DNA of 32,000 nucleotides from Bacillus subtilis subsp. subtilis str. 168 (GCF_000009045.1 NC_000964.3:2760001-2792000); one strand, 5' to 3'; counted from the first letter of the stretch, positions 9,767-19,461 are shown. Notes: generated by a model not told the origin, from the letters alone. Made by a program: numbers and translations.

Positions 9767-9795
9767 GCAAACTATTTTTCAGCCTGCCGCGTCTA
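9767..9795 (+). promoter_or_regulatory. ECF sigma-type promoter of sigV (autoregulatory)
   Basis: -35 GCAAAC (9767-9772), 17-bp spacer, -10 CGTCTA (9790-9795), upstream of sigV. Confidence 0.72.
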
Positions 9796-9849
9796 TCCTA
9801 GGTAACAGCCTACGATATACGTATATTCAAAAAGGAGCCCTTTATTGCA

Positions 9850-10350
9850 ATGAAGAAAAAACAAACAACAAAAGCGTTGCTTGTCACATGCATAACTGAC
9901 CATAAGCAAGATTTCTACAGGTTGGCTTTCAGTTATGTGAAAAATCAAGATGACGCATTAGATATTGTTCAGGAATCTATAAAAAAAGCGCTGAGCTCAG
10001 TTGAAACGGTCAGGAACCCTGAGACGATAAAAAGCTGGTTTTATAAAATTTTAGTACGGACAGCCATTGACTTTTTGCGCAAACAAAAAAAGATAAGAGT
10101 GATGGACGACGAAACGATAGAATTTTTAAGCAAAGGAAAGGAAGACCATTACAAGGATACTGATCTCCATGAAGCGCTTGACGAATTGCCGTACCGCTAT
10201 AAAACCATTATTATTTTACGTTTTTTTGAAGACCTCAAATTAGAAGAAATTGCGGAAATTACAGGAGAAAACACGAATACCGTCAAAACGCGCCTATACA
10301 GAGCATTGAAGCTGATGCGCATTCAGTTGACGAAGGAGGATCTTTCTTAA
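9850..10350 (+). CDS. sigV: ECF RNA polymerase sigma factor SigV (lysozyme stress)
   Basis: 166 aa with sigma-70 region 2 (YVKNQDDALDIVQESIKKAL) and region 4 (LPYRYKTIIILRFFEDLKLEEIAEITGENTNTVKTRLYRALK). The stop overlaps the rsiV start. Confidence 0.95.
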   Translation: MKKKQTTKALLVTCITDHKQDFYRLAFSYVKNQDDALDIVQESIKKALSSVETVRNPETIKSWFYKILVRTAIDFLRKQKKIRVMDDETIEFLSKGKEDHYKDTDLHEALDELPYRYKTIIILRFFEDLKLEEIAEITGENTNTVKTRLYRALKLMRIQLTKEDLS

Positions 10351-11207
10351 TGGATAAGAGATTACAGCAATTAAGAGAAGAATATAAAAATGTTCAGATT
10401 CCTAAAGAATTGGATATCATTGTTGAAAAAGCCCTTCAGCAAGAACCAAAAAAGAAAAGAATCGTTATGTGGCCGACATCAGCAGCAATCGCTGCAGCTA
10501 TTTTATTCACTGCGCTTGTTAATATCAACCCGGACGCCGCTCAGGCTATGTCAAAGATCCCTGTCATCGGCAAAATCGTCAAAGCGATCACCTTTATTGA
10601 AATCAAAGAGGAAAAAGACCAATCAAGCATTGATGTCAAAACACCTGCTTTGTCCGGGCTTTCTAATAAAGAGCTTGAAAACAGCATTAACGAGAAATAC
10701 TTGAAAGAAAGCCAGCAGCTGTATAAAGAGTTTATACAGTCCACATCCAAAAACAAAAAAGGGCATCTCAGCATCTACAGTGATTACGAGACGGTCACAG
10801 ACACGCCAGATTTACTCTCTATCCGGCGCAATATTGAAACAACACAAGCATCTTCCTACACACAAAGCCGTTATATTACAATTGACAAAAAGAATGATAT
10901 TTTACTTACATTAAAAAGCTTATTCAAAGATGAGCGCTATATCAAAGTCATCAGTCAAAACATCAAAGAACAAATGAAACAGCAAATGAAGGAAGATCCA
11001 AATAAAATATATTGGCTCACTGACGAAGATGCAGAACCGTTCAAAACGATTCTTCCTGATCAGACGTTTTACATTACTGAAGACCATAAACTTGTGATCT
11101 CATTTGACGAATATGAAGTCGCCCCCGGCTATATGGGCGTTACAGAGTTTACAATTCCAACCGGCGTCATTTCAAACTTGCTCGTGGGAGAACGTTATAT
11201 TCGATAA
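10350..11207 (+). CDS. rsiV: Anti-sigma V factor RsiV, membrane-anchored lysozyme-sensing protein
   Basis: 285 aa with a cytoplasmic N-terminus, one TM segment (WPTSAAIAAAILFTALVNI) and an extracellular domain (DUF3298-like). Translationally coupled to sigV. Confidence 0.94.
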   Translation: MDKRLQQLREEYKNVQIPKELDIIVEKALQQEPKKKRIVMWPTSAAIAAAILFTALVNINPDAAQAMSKIPVIGKIVKAITFIEIKEEKDQSSIDVKTPALSGLSNKELENSINEKYLKESQQLYKEFIQSTSKNKKGHLSIYSDYETVTDTPDLLSIRRNIETTQASSYTQSRYITIDKKNDILLTLKSLFKDERYIKVISQNIKEQMKQQMKEDPNKIYWLTDEDAEPFKTILPDQTFYITEDHKLVISFDEYEVAPGYMGVTEFTIPTGVISNLLVGERYIR

Positions 11208-11210
11208 AAT

Positions 11211-11241
11211 AAAAACATCCATCTAAGATTATGGATGTTTT
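11211..11241 (+). terminator. Terminator-like hairpin between rsiV and oatA
   Basis: AAAACATCCAT ctaagatt ATGGATGTTTT stem, followed by only a short T-rich stretch (ctctctt), so read-through to oatA is plausible. Confidence 0.6.
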
Positions 11242-11317
11242 CTCTCTTCTCTATTCGAGGTCGTAACCCCGCTATCAAAAACAACGAGAATATTTGCATA
11301 CTATTGGAGGAATACCC

Positions 11318-13222
11318 ATGTATCACAAGACACAGCATCATCGATACATTCCTGGACTTGATGGCCTTCGGGCTTTCGCCGTCCTGTCAGTTATCACTTA
11401 TCACCTAAATTTCAATTGGGCTAACGGTGGTTTTATCGGGGTTGATATCTTTTTTGTTTTATCCGGATATTTGATTACATCTATTCTATTACCGGCATAT
11501 GGAAATGATATCAATCTTGATTTTCGGGATTTTTGGGTGCGCCGCATTCGGCGGCTTCTCCCGGCAGCGTACCTTATGATCTTTTCCACTGTTGTGTGGG
11601 TCGTATTGTTTGATCGAGAACTATTGCACACTGTACGTGGAGATGCGATCTCTTCTCTCTTTTATATGAGCAATTGGTGGTTTATTTTTCACAAGCTATC
11701 ATATTTTGATAGTTTCGGTTCCCCATCACCTCTAAAAAACCTTTGGTCGCTGGCGATTGAAGAACAATTTTATATCATATGGCCGATGTTTTTAGTTGTT
11801 GGAATGTACATAATGAAAAGCCGCGCCAGATTGGCTGCGGTGATATCATTGCTTGTGCTTTGTTCAGCCGTGATGATGAGCGTACTGTATGAACCTGGCG
11901 GAGATCCGAGCCGCGTTTACTATGGCACAGACACTCGTTCGTTTGAACTTCTCATCGGATGTGCCTTGGCTTTGGTATGGCCGATGAAAAGGCTGTCTTC
12001 CAACAGGCTGCCAAGCAAACTGAAGCACACTTTGCACGCCACTGAATTTTTGGCATTTTGTATTTTAGTGTTGTGTGTCTATTTCACAGATGAATACGAG
12101 CCTTTTCTTTACAGAGGCGGAATGCTATTCATTAGCGTGACTGCCGCAATCCTTATTGCATGTGTTTGCCATCCGAGCAGCTTTTTAGGCAATCTGCTTT
12201 CATGGAGGCCGCTTCGGTGGCTTGGAACGAGGTCTTACGGAATTTATCTTTGGCACTACCCTGTTATTGTGTTAAGCACGCCAGTTCAAGAAATCGGAAA
12301 CCCTGTTTTTTGGCATATCGTGCTAAAGGTCATTGTGACATGTATACTTGCCGAGCTCTCCTACCATTTTATTGAGAAGCCGATACGGACACAGGGATTT
12401 AGGTCATTTTCCCGCCGTGTTTTTATACATAGAATCAAGGAATGGAAAACGACATCTGTCATCAGCAAAATGTCAATTGGTTTCATTATTTTCGCTATAC
12501 TTATTTTTGCAGGCGGGCTGTCAGGGCTAGCCGGCGAGCAAAAGCACCCTACCAAATGGACCTATAGCTCACAAGAAACAAATGCTGACACCAGCCAGGC
12601 TTCTGGGGATAAAAAGAACGCTGCAGCAGATAAAAAACACAATCCTGAACAAAAGACAACAGATTCCAATCAGGGTCAAAAGGAAAACAAAGATAGTGGG
12701 CAAGAGACTCATAAAAAGAAAGACACGCAATCCCAACAGTTGAAAAAACCAGCAGACACTGCGAAAGAAGTTTTAGCTATAGGAGATTCCGTCATGCTTG
12801 ATATTTCTTCACACCTGCGTCAGTCATTTTCAAATGTGACGATTGATGGAAAGGTAGGGAGACAAATGTCTCAAGCTTTGGAACTCGCAAGGGAATACAA
12901 GTCTTTTAATCAGCCGAACAAGGCTGTCATCATTGAGCTTGGAACCAATGGCTATTTTACAAACAGCCAAATCGAACAACTGCTTCAATCTTTCTCAAAA
13001 GCTCATATTTATCTTGTCAATACACGGGTTCCCCGCCAATGGGAAAGCAAGGTAAATGAATCTTTGCAGCAACAGGCCCACGCACATCAAAATGTTACGT
13101 TAGTTGACTGGCATACAGAAGCTCTTCAGCATCCGGAATATTTTACCCCTGATGGTGTTCACTTGGTTCCTAAAGGGGCAAAAACTTTGACTGCTCTTAT
13201 TGTTCAGGCGATGAAATCGTAA
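11318..13222 (+). CDS. oatA: Peptidoglycan O-acetyltransferase (acyltransferase 3 membrane domain plus SGNH domain)
   Basis: 634 aa from MYHKTQHHRYIPGLDGLRAFAVLSVI, with a C-terminal SGNH domain (AIGDSVMLDIS ... DGVHLVPKGA). Downstream of sigV-rsiV. The ATG at 11318 follows TTGGAGG. Confidence 0.93.
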   Translation: MYHKTQHHRYIPGLDGLRAFAVLSVITYHLNFNWANGGFIGVDIFFVLSGYLITSILLPAYGNDINLDFRDFWVRRIRRLLPAAYLMIFSTVVWVVLFDRELLHTVRGDAISSLFYMSNWWFIFHKLSYFDSFGSPSPLKNLWSLAIEEQFYIIWPMFLVVGMYIMKSRARLAAVISLLVLCSAVMMSVLYEPGGDPSRVYYGTDTRSFELLIGCALALVWPMKRLSSNRLPSKLKHTLHATEFLAFCILVLCVYFTDEYEPFLYRGGMLFISVTAAILIACVCHPSSFLGNLLSWRPLRWLGTRSYGIYLWHYPVIVLSTPVQEIGNPVFWHIVLKVIVTCILAELSYHFIEKPIRTQGFRSFSRRVFIHRIKEWKTTSVISKMSIGFIIFAILIFAGGLSGLAGEQKHPTKWTYSSQETNADTSQASGDKKNAAADKKHNPEQKTTDSNQGQKENKDSGQETHKKKDTQSQQLKKPADTAKEVLAIGDSVMLDISSHLRQSFSNVTIDGKVGRQMSQALELAREYKSFNQPNKAVIIELGTNGYFTNSQIEQLLQSFSKAHIYLVNTRVPRQWESKVNESLQQQAHAHQNVTLVDWHTEALQHPEYFTPDGVHLVPKGAKTLTALIVQAMKS

Positions 13223-13253
13223 AAAAGAGATCCTATACAGATCACTTTTTTAC
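13220..13253 (+). terminator. Possible weak terminator downstream of oatA
   Basis: AAAAAAGAGATCC tataca GATCACTTTTTTAC, an AT-rich stem with a short core. Confidence 0.5.
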
Positions 13254-13355
13254 TTTAGTTTCTGATCGTTGATTATGTCTTCTTTCAGCAAGGCAGCCCT
13301 TATGTTTACATGCCGTTTACGTAAGGGTAAGCCAAAATTGAATGGAGGGATGATA

Positions 13356-13646
13356 ATGAAAGGAAATGAAGAACATGACATCCAAAAAGAGTTGAAACGA
13401 TATGAGCTTTTTTTCAAAAAACGATATAAGGTTCTTTATACAGTAAACGATTTTATCATCGGTGCTATGTTTCTCGTTGGAAGTTTTTTCTTTTTTTATG
13501 ACCGGTTAATGTCGGCAGGGATATGGCTGTTTGCGATCGGAAGTTTGCTGCTGTTAATCAGGCCGACCATTCGGCTGATTCATGACTTTCATTACCGTAA
13601 GCATGTGGAACAGCAATTCAAGCATCAATCTTCAACAGATGACTGA
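13356..13646 (+). CDS. yrhK: Small membrane protein YrhK (YrhK-like domain)
   Basis: 96 aa from MKGNEEHDIQKELKRYELFFKKRYKVLYTVNDFIIG, two TM segments. The ATG at 13356 follows a GGAGG motif; the track ORF begins 29 codons upstream without such support. Confidence 0.85.
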   Translation: MKGNEEHDIQKELKRYELFFKKRYKVLYTVNDFIIGAMFLVGSFFFFYDRLMSAGIWLFAIGSLLLLIRPTIRLIHDFHYRKHVEQQFKHQSSTDD

Positions 13647-13855
13647 TCTTAAGGAATAAGAAAGAACAAAATGCCAAAAGCCTGAGTCGAAAATCAAAAA
13701 CAAGACTTTCAGACTATTTATTTTTAAAAACAAGGTAAAAAGAACTAAACTTTTGCCTCTGCATGCCGATATGAATAATAAGGCCGGCGCGATACTCCCT
13801 ATAACATCCTTTTCAGTAGATTTCATTATCGTGCCGGTTTTCTCATATGCAAAGC

Positions 13856-13882
13856 AATCCCGCCAATCAGATTGGCGGGATT
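13856..13882. terminator. Near-perfect inverted repeat, probable terminator region of cypB
   Basis: AATCCCGCCAATC a GATTGGCGGGATT, 13-bp arms just past the cypB stop. The T tail (TTTTATATTTT) is on the plus-strand side, so efficiency in the cypB direction is uncertain. Confidence 0.6.
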
Positions 13883-13889
13883 TTATATT

Positions 13890-16800
13890 TTACATTCCTG
13901 TCCAAACGTCTTTCACATAACGTCTTTGATCTTGCAGCTTTTGCAGCCATACAGCTGATTCTTCCTGACTTGCTGCTTTTTCAGCTTCATATGCCAATCG
14001 CAAAGTTCTCTCTACATCAGGAGCCATTTGCGATCCATCACCGCATACGTAAATATGAGCCCCTTTTTCAATGAGTGTCATCAATTTCTGCGTATCTTGC
14101 TTGAGCAAGTGCTGGACATATCCTTTTGGTTCGTTTTCGACGCGCGAGTAGCATCGGCGGATTGTGACCAAACCGTCCTGTTCCGCTTGATCCAGCTCTT
14201 CTCTGTAAAGGTCGTCATGGTCCGGGCGGCGGCAGCCGAAGTATAAAAGTGCTTCACCAAGGGTGCTTCCTTCCTTCTTCAAAACCGATCTTGCCTGAAT
14301 AAAGCCTCTGAATGGCGCAATTCCTGTGCCCGGCCCGACCATAATCATAGGCGTTTCAGGATCATTCGGCATCTGAAATCCGGACTGCGGCGTACGAATG
14401 AAGCAAGCTGCTGCATCACCTGTATTCAATTCTGCTAAATAATTAGAGGCGACACCCCGGTATTCACCTCGGCCGCTCCATGCTGAGGCTTTCACAACTC
14501 CTACCGTCATGCTCACGATATTTGCATGAACTTTCGGTGAGCTTGAAATGGAATAGTATCTCGGTTTTAGTGATGGCAAAAGTGCTAAAAACCGTTCAAA
14601 CGGCATTTCGCAAGCAGGATAATCCTCTAAAAAATCAAGCATGGTAAGACGTTTTGCAAGTACCTGCTCTTTGTAAATGCCATCATCTGAAACGAGCTGT
14701 TCCAGCTCTTTTTGATGCGGCGGACAAACTGTATAAGAGGCCAGCTCCCGAAGCTGAAGCCTTGATGCCGGTTCCTGCAGCTCTACATAGGACGACAATA
14801 AATCCACTACTTTGATTGGCCGATCCATCGGCAGATGAGCCATATGAGCGCTTCCGCTTACTTTTATCACATGATTGGACTGCAAACCGAATCGGCTGAG
14901 AACCCGCTGAACAAGCTCCCTGCTGTTCTTTGGCAGGATTCCGATATGATCGCCTTCTTTATATGTTTTACCAGCCGGAATTTCCAATTCAATATGGCGG
15001 GTTGAACGCGTGCTGGCAGCTGTCTGGAGTTCTCGATTCTCTAACACAATCCCTTCAAACGCGCCATATGCTTTAGCAACCGGCGTTTCCGTCGCTTCAC
15101 TGAGAAAAGTAATCGATAATGAAGGCCTGTCTTCTTTCTGGGCTATTTCGTTAATATCAAATGCGTCCATCGTTTCCTTCCAGAAGCGGTTTTCCCAAGA
15201 CTCGCGGTGGCTTTCAAAATCATCGGCGGCGTCACCTTCCCCAATCGCTGTTAAACGCGATGCCCCCTTTGCTTTCATCATGTCATCAATCAGGCGGGGA
15301 ATCCGCTGATACGTGCTGGCCCAGCTCCGGTTTCCGCAGCCGAATACCGCATAGGAAACACCTTTCAATTGGCCTTCCTCAAGCTCTTTCAGCCACTCTA
15401 CAAATCCGGCAGCATTATCAGGCGGCGCCCCATTATAAGAAGCCGTTACAATGACGACTGCCCCTTCTTCAGGGAGCTTGCCGATATAATCATCAAGCGG
15501 AGCCGTTTCAGCTGTAAAGCCCATCTGGCGGCCTTGAGCAGCCAGTTCACCGGCTATTCCCTCAGCTGTCCCAAGATTTGAACCAAAAAGAACAAGTAAA
15601 GGTGTGCCGTGTTTAGGTTTGGTTTCTTTTGGCTTTGTTTCTGCTTTGATGTCTGCCTGTTCTTTTCTCTGTACATTGATTGCCGCTGTTTTTCGCGGTT
15701 TCACAGTAATTTTAAAATCATCCGGCTTGATCGTTAATGCTTCTTTGATTTTTAGTTCGTAGCCAGTATGGTTTATCAATTCAAAATGCTTTAATACAAG
15801 ACCGAGAACCATTGTCGCTTCTTGAAGAGCAAACTGCATGCCAATACAAGCGCGCTGTCCGTTTCCAAACGGCTTATACGCATGGTGAGGGATACTTGAA
15901 GGATCCTCAAACCGTTCCGGACGGAAATCTTCCGCATCCGGTCCCCAAGCGTTTTGATCCCGGTGCAGTTTTGGAATTAAAACAGTGACTGGCTGCCCTT
16001 TGCTGATCGGATATTCCCCGCCTAGAACAGTATCCTCCTTCGCATATAGAGAAAAAGCCGGAGCTGTTGGATACAGTCTGAGGGTTTCATTTAAAACCAT
16101 CCGAATGTATTTGAGCTGCTGGATTTGTTTATATTCAGGCGTGTCATCCGTTAACACGCGATCCGCTTCCTCCTGAGCTTTTTTCAGTTTTTCCGGATGT
16201 GTAAGCAGACAATAAATCGCAAAGGATAGCAACCCGCTTGTTGTCTCATGTCCAGCAATTAAAAATGTGATGATTTGGTATCGAATGTTTTCGTCATCCA
16301 GCGTTTCACCCGTTACTGGATCTTTGGCATAAAGCATGAGAGACAAGAGATCCTTAATGTTTTCATCCGGATTCGCCTTTCGCTCCGCTATCATTCTATC
16401 AACCAGGGAGTTCATGACTTCTATATCCTTTTGGAACTGCAGCTTCGTTTTCACCATCATTTTATCTTGCAGGCCCAGTCTTTTCGATTGATTCATCGCC
16501 TCTTTTAAGGCACGGAGCATACTGGTGATAAACGGATGCTGTGAATCACGGTAAAAGCTGTTGAATCGATAGTTAAACCCGCATAACCCAATCGTATCAA
16601 GCGTCAGACGTGTCATATCGTCCGCTACATCAATTTCTTCATTAGGGTTTAACCGGCTCCACTTTTGAATCAGCTGGGTTGCGATATCCAGCATCATAGA
16701 ATGATAGCCTTTCATCGCTTTTTGACTAAAACTCGGCAGCAAAATGCGGTGGGCTTTTTGCCAGTTCGGTTCGTGCGTCCAGCTTGTAAATAAGCCATCT

Positions 16801-17054
16801 CCCCCGAACTCACGCACCTTTTGCAAGCCTTTGCCAAGGTTCTTGTCAAAGCGTTTTTCATCACACACTTCAGCCACAAGATTGTGGCCGGACACAAAAA
16901 CACTGGATACTCCCGGAAAATCAAAACGGAAAATCGGTCCCAATTCATCAGCTATCCGCCATAAGGATTGAGAAAGCTGTTCTTTTTCCAGATGCGGAAG
17001 ATTTTTTAAAGGTCCGTATGTTTTGGGCTGAGGTATTGCGCTTGCCTGTTTCAT
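13890..17054 (-). CDS. cypB: Self-sufficient cytochrome P450/NADPH-P450 reductase fusion, CYP102A family (fatty acid hydroxylase)
   Basis: P450 heme loop [14 protein letters not shown]-helix AGHETTS, flavodoxin domain ([20 protein letters not shown]) and FAD/NADPH domain ([10 protein letters not shown] ... [16 protein letters not shown]). 1054 aa from [15 protein letters not shown]. Confidence 0.96.
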
Positions 17055-17069
17055 TAACATCTCCCTTTC

Positions 17070-17654
17070 CTATTTTTGTGATGAATGAAGCTTAATGGCG
17101 TCCCAGCAGCATTGTTCCAATTCAGTAATTAAATCAGTGTCCATCTCTATATCACCTGTTTGAACGAGCTGATATATCTTGAGAAACGCCCCTAATACAA
17201 TCGCAATTAACACATTAGAGGGCAGGCTGCGAATCACGCCTTCCGCTTTTCCCTTATTAAAATAGTCATCAAGCATTTGAGTCAGATTTTCTATCATTTT
17301 TTTGCTTGTATGATTTAAGTAATGAGCGTCTTTTTTGGTTTCAAGAAAAAAAAGCGCATAGTCGCTCTCTTTCGTAAACTGAACGAGACAGCAAAATACG
17401 TGGTGAAAGCCTTCTCTGACAGGCAATTCTGAAACGTCTTGCTTCAGTTTTTCCGTAAATCGCTGGATGCTTTCTTGAAACAGTACGTTAACGAGTGTTT
17501 CTTTGCTGTCAAAATAACGATAGATCGTTCCTGTCCCTACATGAGCACGTTCAGCTATCATAGGAATAGTGGTAGCGTCAAAACCCCTTTCCGTAAAAAG
17601 TGAGACTGACGCTTTCATAATCATGTCGTATTTACTGCTGGATGCGGATATCAT
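17070..17654 (-). CDS. bscR: TetR-family repressor of cypB (BscR/FatR)
   Basis: 194 aa with TetR HTH ([33 protein letters not shown]). ATG at 17654; a TTG at 17666 gives the longer track ORF, but the GGAGG sits too close to it. Confidence 0.92.
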
Positions 17655-17682
17655 GTAATCTGACAACCTCCGATTCGTTTAC

Positions 17683-17700
17683 GGAATGAATATTCATTCC
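17683..17700. promoter_or_regulatory. Perfect 18-bp palindrome, likely operator of BscR/FatR
   Basis: GGAATGAATATTCATTCC is self-complementary and lies just upstream of bscR-cypB. Confidence 0.85.
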
Positions 17701-17821
17701 TTTTGTTCACAAAGAATGTCTGCCCTGTCTGATATCACCTCTTTGTTCTTTCTTCTGTTATAAGTTTATATGAAAAAAACTTTTTTTAATATAAAGTATA
17801 TGCAAAAAATAAAAAATTAAG

Positions 17822-17863
17822 AAAATATACCCAAATCCTAATACGAGGATCTTGGATATATTT
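17822..17863 (-). terminator. Probable terminator downstream of yrhH
   Basis: Minus-strand stem AAATATATCCAAGATCCT cgtatt AGGATTTGGGTATATTTT (one bulge, one G-T) followed by CTTAATTTTTTATTTTTTG. Confidence 0.65.
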
Positions 17864-17876
17864 CCCGAGAAATTTT

Positions 17877-18419
17877 TTATTTAACAGCCACAATACATAG
17901 ACAGGAAGCACGCCTGATAACAGAAAGATCCCTGAAATGCTGGTCTTTCAGCAGTTGAATATACGTTTTCTCTTTTTCACCGGTATTTGTGTCAATACTG
18001 ATATAAAACCGGCCGTCAATTTGAAGCACCCTGTAAATTTCTCTTAATGCAAGCCTAATATCGGTGCAGCTTTGAACCGTATGTAAAGAAAAGACTTTAT
18101 TAAAGGTACGGTCATCAAAGGGAATGTCCTCTGGATAGCCATGAAAAACCTCCCCGTTCCCCATGTTCTTTCGATTCGCACGTGATATCTGTCTTACCTT
18201 TCGTTTTGAAGGATCAATGCTTTTTAGGCTACCCTTTTTTAGTTTCTTGGTTATGCTTTTAAAGACAGTGCCGTTTCCAATTCCAATTTCTAAAATTCTG
18301 TCATTTTCTTGTATATCTATAGAGTCAATCATCATATGCTCAATTGTTTTGGTTAGCTTATATTTCCGAGAAAATAATTTCCAAAAATCCGATCGTTTAT
18401 AGAGTCTATTTTCTAGCAT
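17877..18419 (-). CDS. yrhH: SAM-dependent methyltransferase (class I, Methyltransf_11-like)
   Basis: Motif I ILEIGIGNGTVF and FNKVFSLHTVQSCTDIRLALREIYRVLQIDGRFYISID. The ATG at 18419 has a properly spaced AGGTG; the track uses a GTG 9 nt upstream. Confidence 0.87.
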   Translation of the reverse strand: MLENRLYKRSDFWKLFSRKYKLTKTIEHMMIDSIDIQENDRILEIGIGNGTVFKSITKKLKKGSLKSIDPSKRKVRQISRANRKNMGNGEVFHGYPEDIPFDDRTFNKVFSLHTVQSCTDIRLALREIYRVLQIDGRFYISIDTNTGEKEKTYIQLLKDQHFRDLSVIRRASCLCIVAVK

Positions 18420-18511
18420 TTTAAACACCTGCTTTTGGTTTCCTATGTTTATTTATTATCTTAAAAAAATAAACATCATCTTCATTTCTAAAAGTGAAGG
18501 AAGGTACCAAC

Positions 18512-18540
18512 TAGACGGCAATGTATTGAAAAATGTTTCA
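18512..18540 (-). promoter_or_regulatory. ECF sigma promoter (SigM/W/X/V class) upstream of yrhH
   Basis: The minus strand reads TGAAAC - 17 nt (ATTTTTCAATACATTGC) - CGTCTA, a strong match to the ECF consensus. Confidence 0.85.
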
Positions 18541-18570
18541 ATAGAACTAAACTTTTTCATTTTTTTCCGA

Positions 18571-18600
18571 AAAAAAAGCAGAAAACATAATGTTTTCTGC
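18571..18600 (-). terminator. Rho-independent terminator downstream of the yrzI region
   Basis: Minus strand GCAGAAAACAT t ATGTTTTCTGC followed by TTTTTTT. Confidence 0.85.
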
Positions 18601-18607
18601 CCTCTTT

Positions 18608-18766
18608 CTAATGCCAATGATAAGGGAATACATACAGCCTTTGCTGCTGCATTGCCATCAGCCTCTGCTGTCGGAATGGATTTCCATAACCATGTTTGAA
18701 GGAATGCGGCATGGACGCATAACCATGGCCAATCGACGGCAGTCTTTTTTGATAATCGTTCATCAT
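18608..18766 (-). CDS. Candidate small protein, 52 aa (MMNDYQKRLPSIGHGYASMPHSFKHGYGNPFRQQRLMAMQQQRLYVFPYHWH)
   Basis: ORF read by hand, absent from the track (under the length cut-off). It has GCAGGTG upstream of its start and ends 8 nt before a strong minus-strand terminator. Confidence 0.4.
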   Translation of the reverse strand: MMNDYQKRLPSIGHGYASMPHSFKHGYGNPFRQQRLMAMQQQRLYVFPYHWH

Positions 18767-18835
18767 GCCATCACCTGCCTCACAATAACGTTGATTTACT
18801 ATATGCAGGCGCGCATTTTCTTGACAGCTATTTCG

Positions 18836-18889
18836 CTAAACTTGGTCCTTCTCCATTGTATAATGCATCAATAGTTCCATTCTAAGCAT
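18836..18889 (-). CDS. Candidate 17-aa peptide (MLRMELLMHYTMEKDQV) between yrzI and the 52-aa ORF
   Basis: Strong Shine-Dalgarno-like GAAGGGGGA 8 nt upstream of ATG. The ORF is very short. Confidence 0.22.
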   Translation of the reverse strand: MLRMELLMHYTMEKDQV

Positions 18890-18922
18890 ATGCCATTCCC
18901 CCTTCAGTTTTTTTCGTTGCTT

Positions 18923-19072
18923 TTAGCGCCAGTTTGTTAAATAAAGATGCTTTAACTGAGACTCTTTCATTTCATCATAAATTTGTTCAATCTGCTGTTC
19001 TCGTTCGAATTCTTCCAGGCTTTTAAACCGTTTTTTAATCGTTAACGTTAAAAAGAATAGGTTAATCGTCAT
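18923..19072 (-). CDS. yrzI: YrzI family small protein, 49 aa (MTINLFFLTLTIKKRFKSLEEFEREQQIEQIYDEMKESQLKHLYLTNWR)
   Basis: Read directly from the minus strand, absent from the track. The start is preceded by AAAGGGGGTGAGCGAT, and the hydrophobic N-terminus plus charged helix resembles YrzI. Confidence 0.82.
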   Translation of the reverse strand: MTINLFFLTLTIKKRFKSLEEFEREQQIEQIYDEMKESQLKHLYLTNWR

Positions 19073-19461
19073 ATCGCTCACCCCCTTTCAAAGTCCGCAT
19101 CAAGCGAAATAACCCGCGGCACAACCCTTCTGCCGCGGGCAAATAAAAACCGCAGACAAAAGAAGACACCAATGCCTCTACTGCCTGCGGGGAGTTGCGT
19201 ATGTCCGACTATTCCGAATTTAATGCGTGCGATAAGCATCGGTTAAGGAAGGACACGAACTCTTCCACAGGCTGAATAAACCATGAACTTTTACATGTGT
19301 ATCACGTACAGGTTGACGTCGTTGTCTCATTGTCATTTTGGTTCAGCCTCCTTTGCTTTTTTCTTACTTTGTAAGTATATCCACCAAATTCCATTTTGTA
19401 AACATCTTTTTCTAAAAATGGACGGAAATTGTGCAAATCATCGAATGGATTTGCCCGTTGG

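Noticed and set aside
10390-10704. 104-aa ORF in an alternative frame of rsiV
   Set aside because: Same-strand frame shadow of rsiV, with no independent RBS.
13297-13327. Hairpin CCCTTATG...CGTAAGGG upstream of yrhK
   Set aside because: Short stem with no T tract. Too weak to call a terminator or a riboswitch from sequence alone.
15010-15309. 99-aa ORF opposite cypB
   Set aside because: Antisense to the conserved reductase domain. The composition is that of a complement frame.
18445-18699. Plus-strand 84-aa ORF over the yrhH promoter and the terminator at 18571-18600
   Set aside because: It crosses a clear ECF promoter and a terminator stem on the opposite strand, and I saw no RBS.
18590-18874. 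Plus-strand 94-aa ORF antisense to the small ORFs downstream of yrzI
   Set aside because: It overlaps the terminator and opposes better RBS-supported minus-strand ORFs. It is plausible only as a shadow frame.
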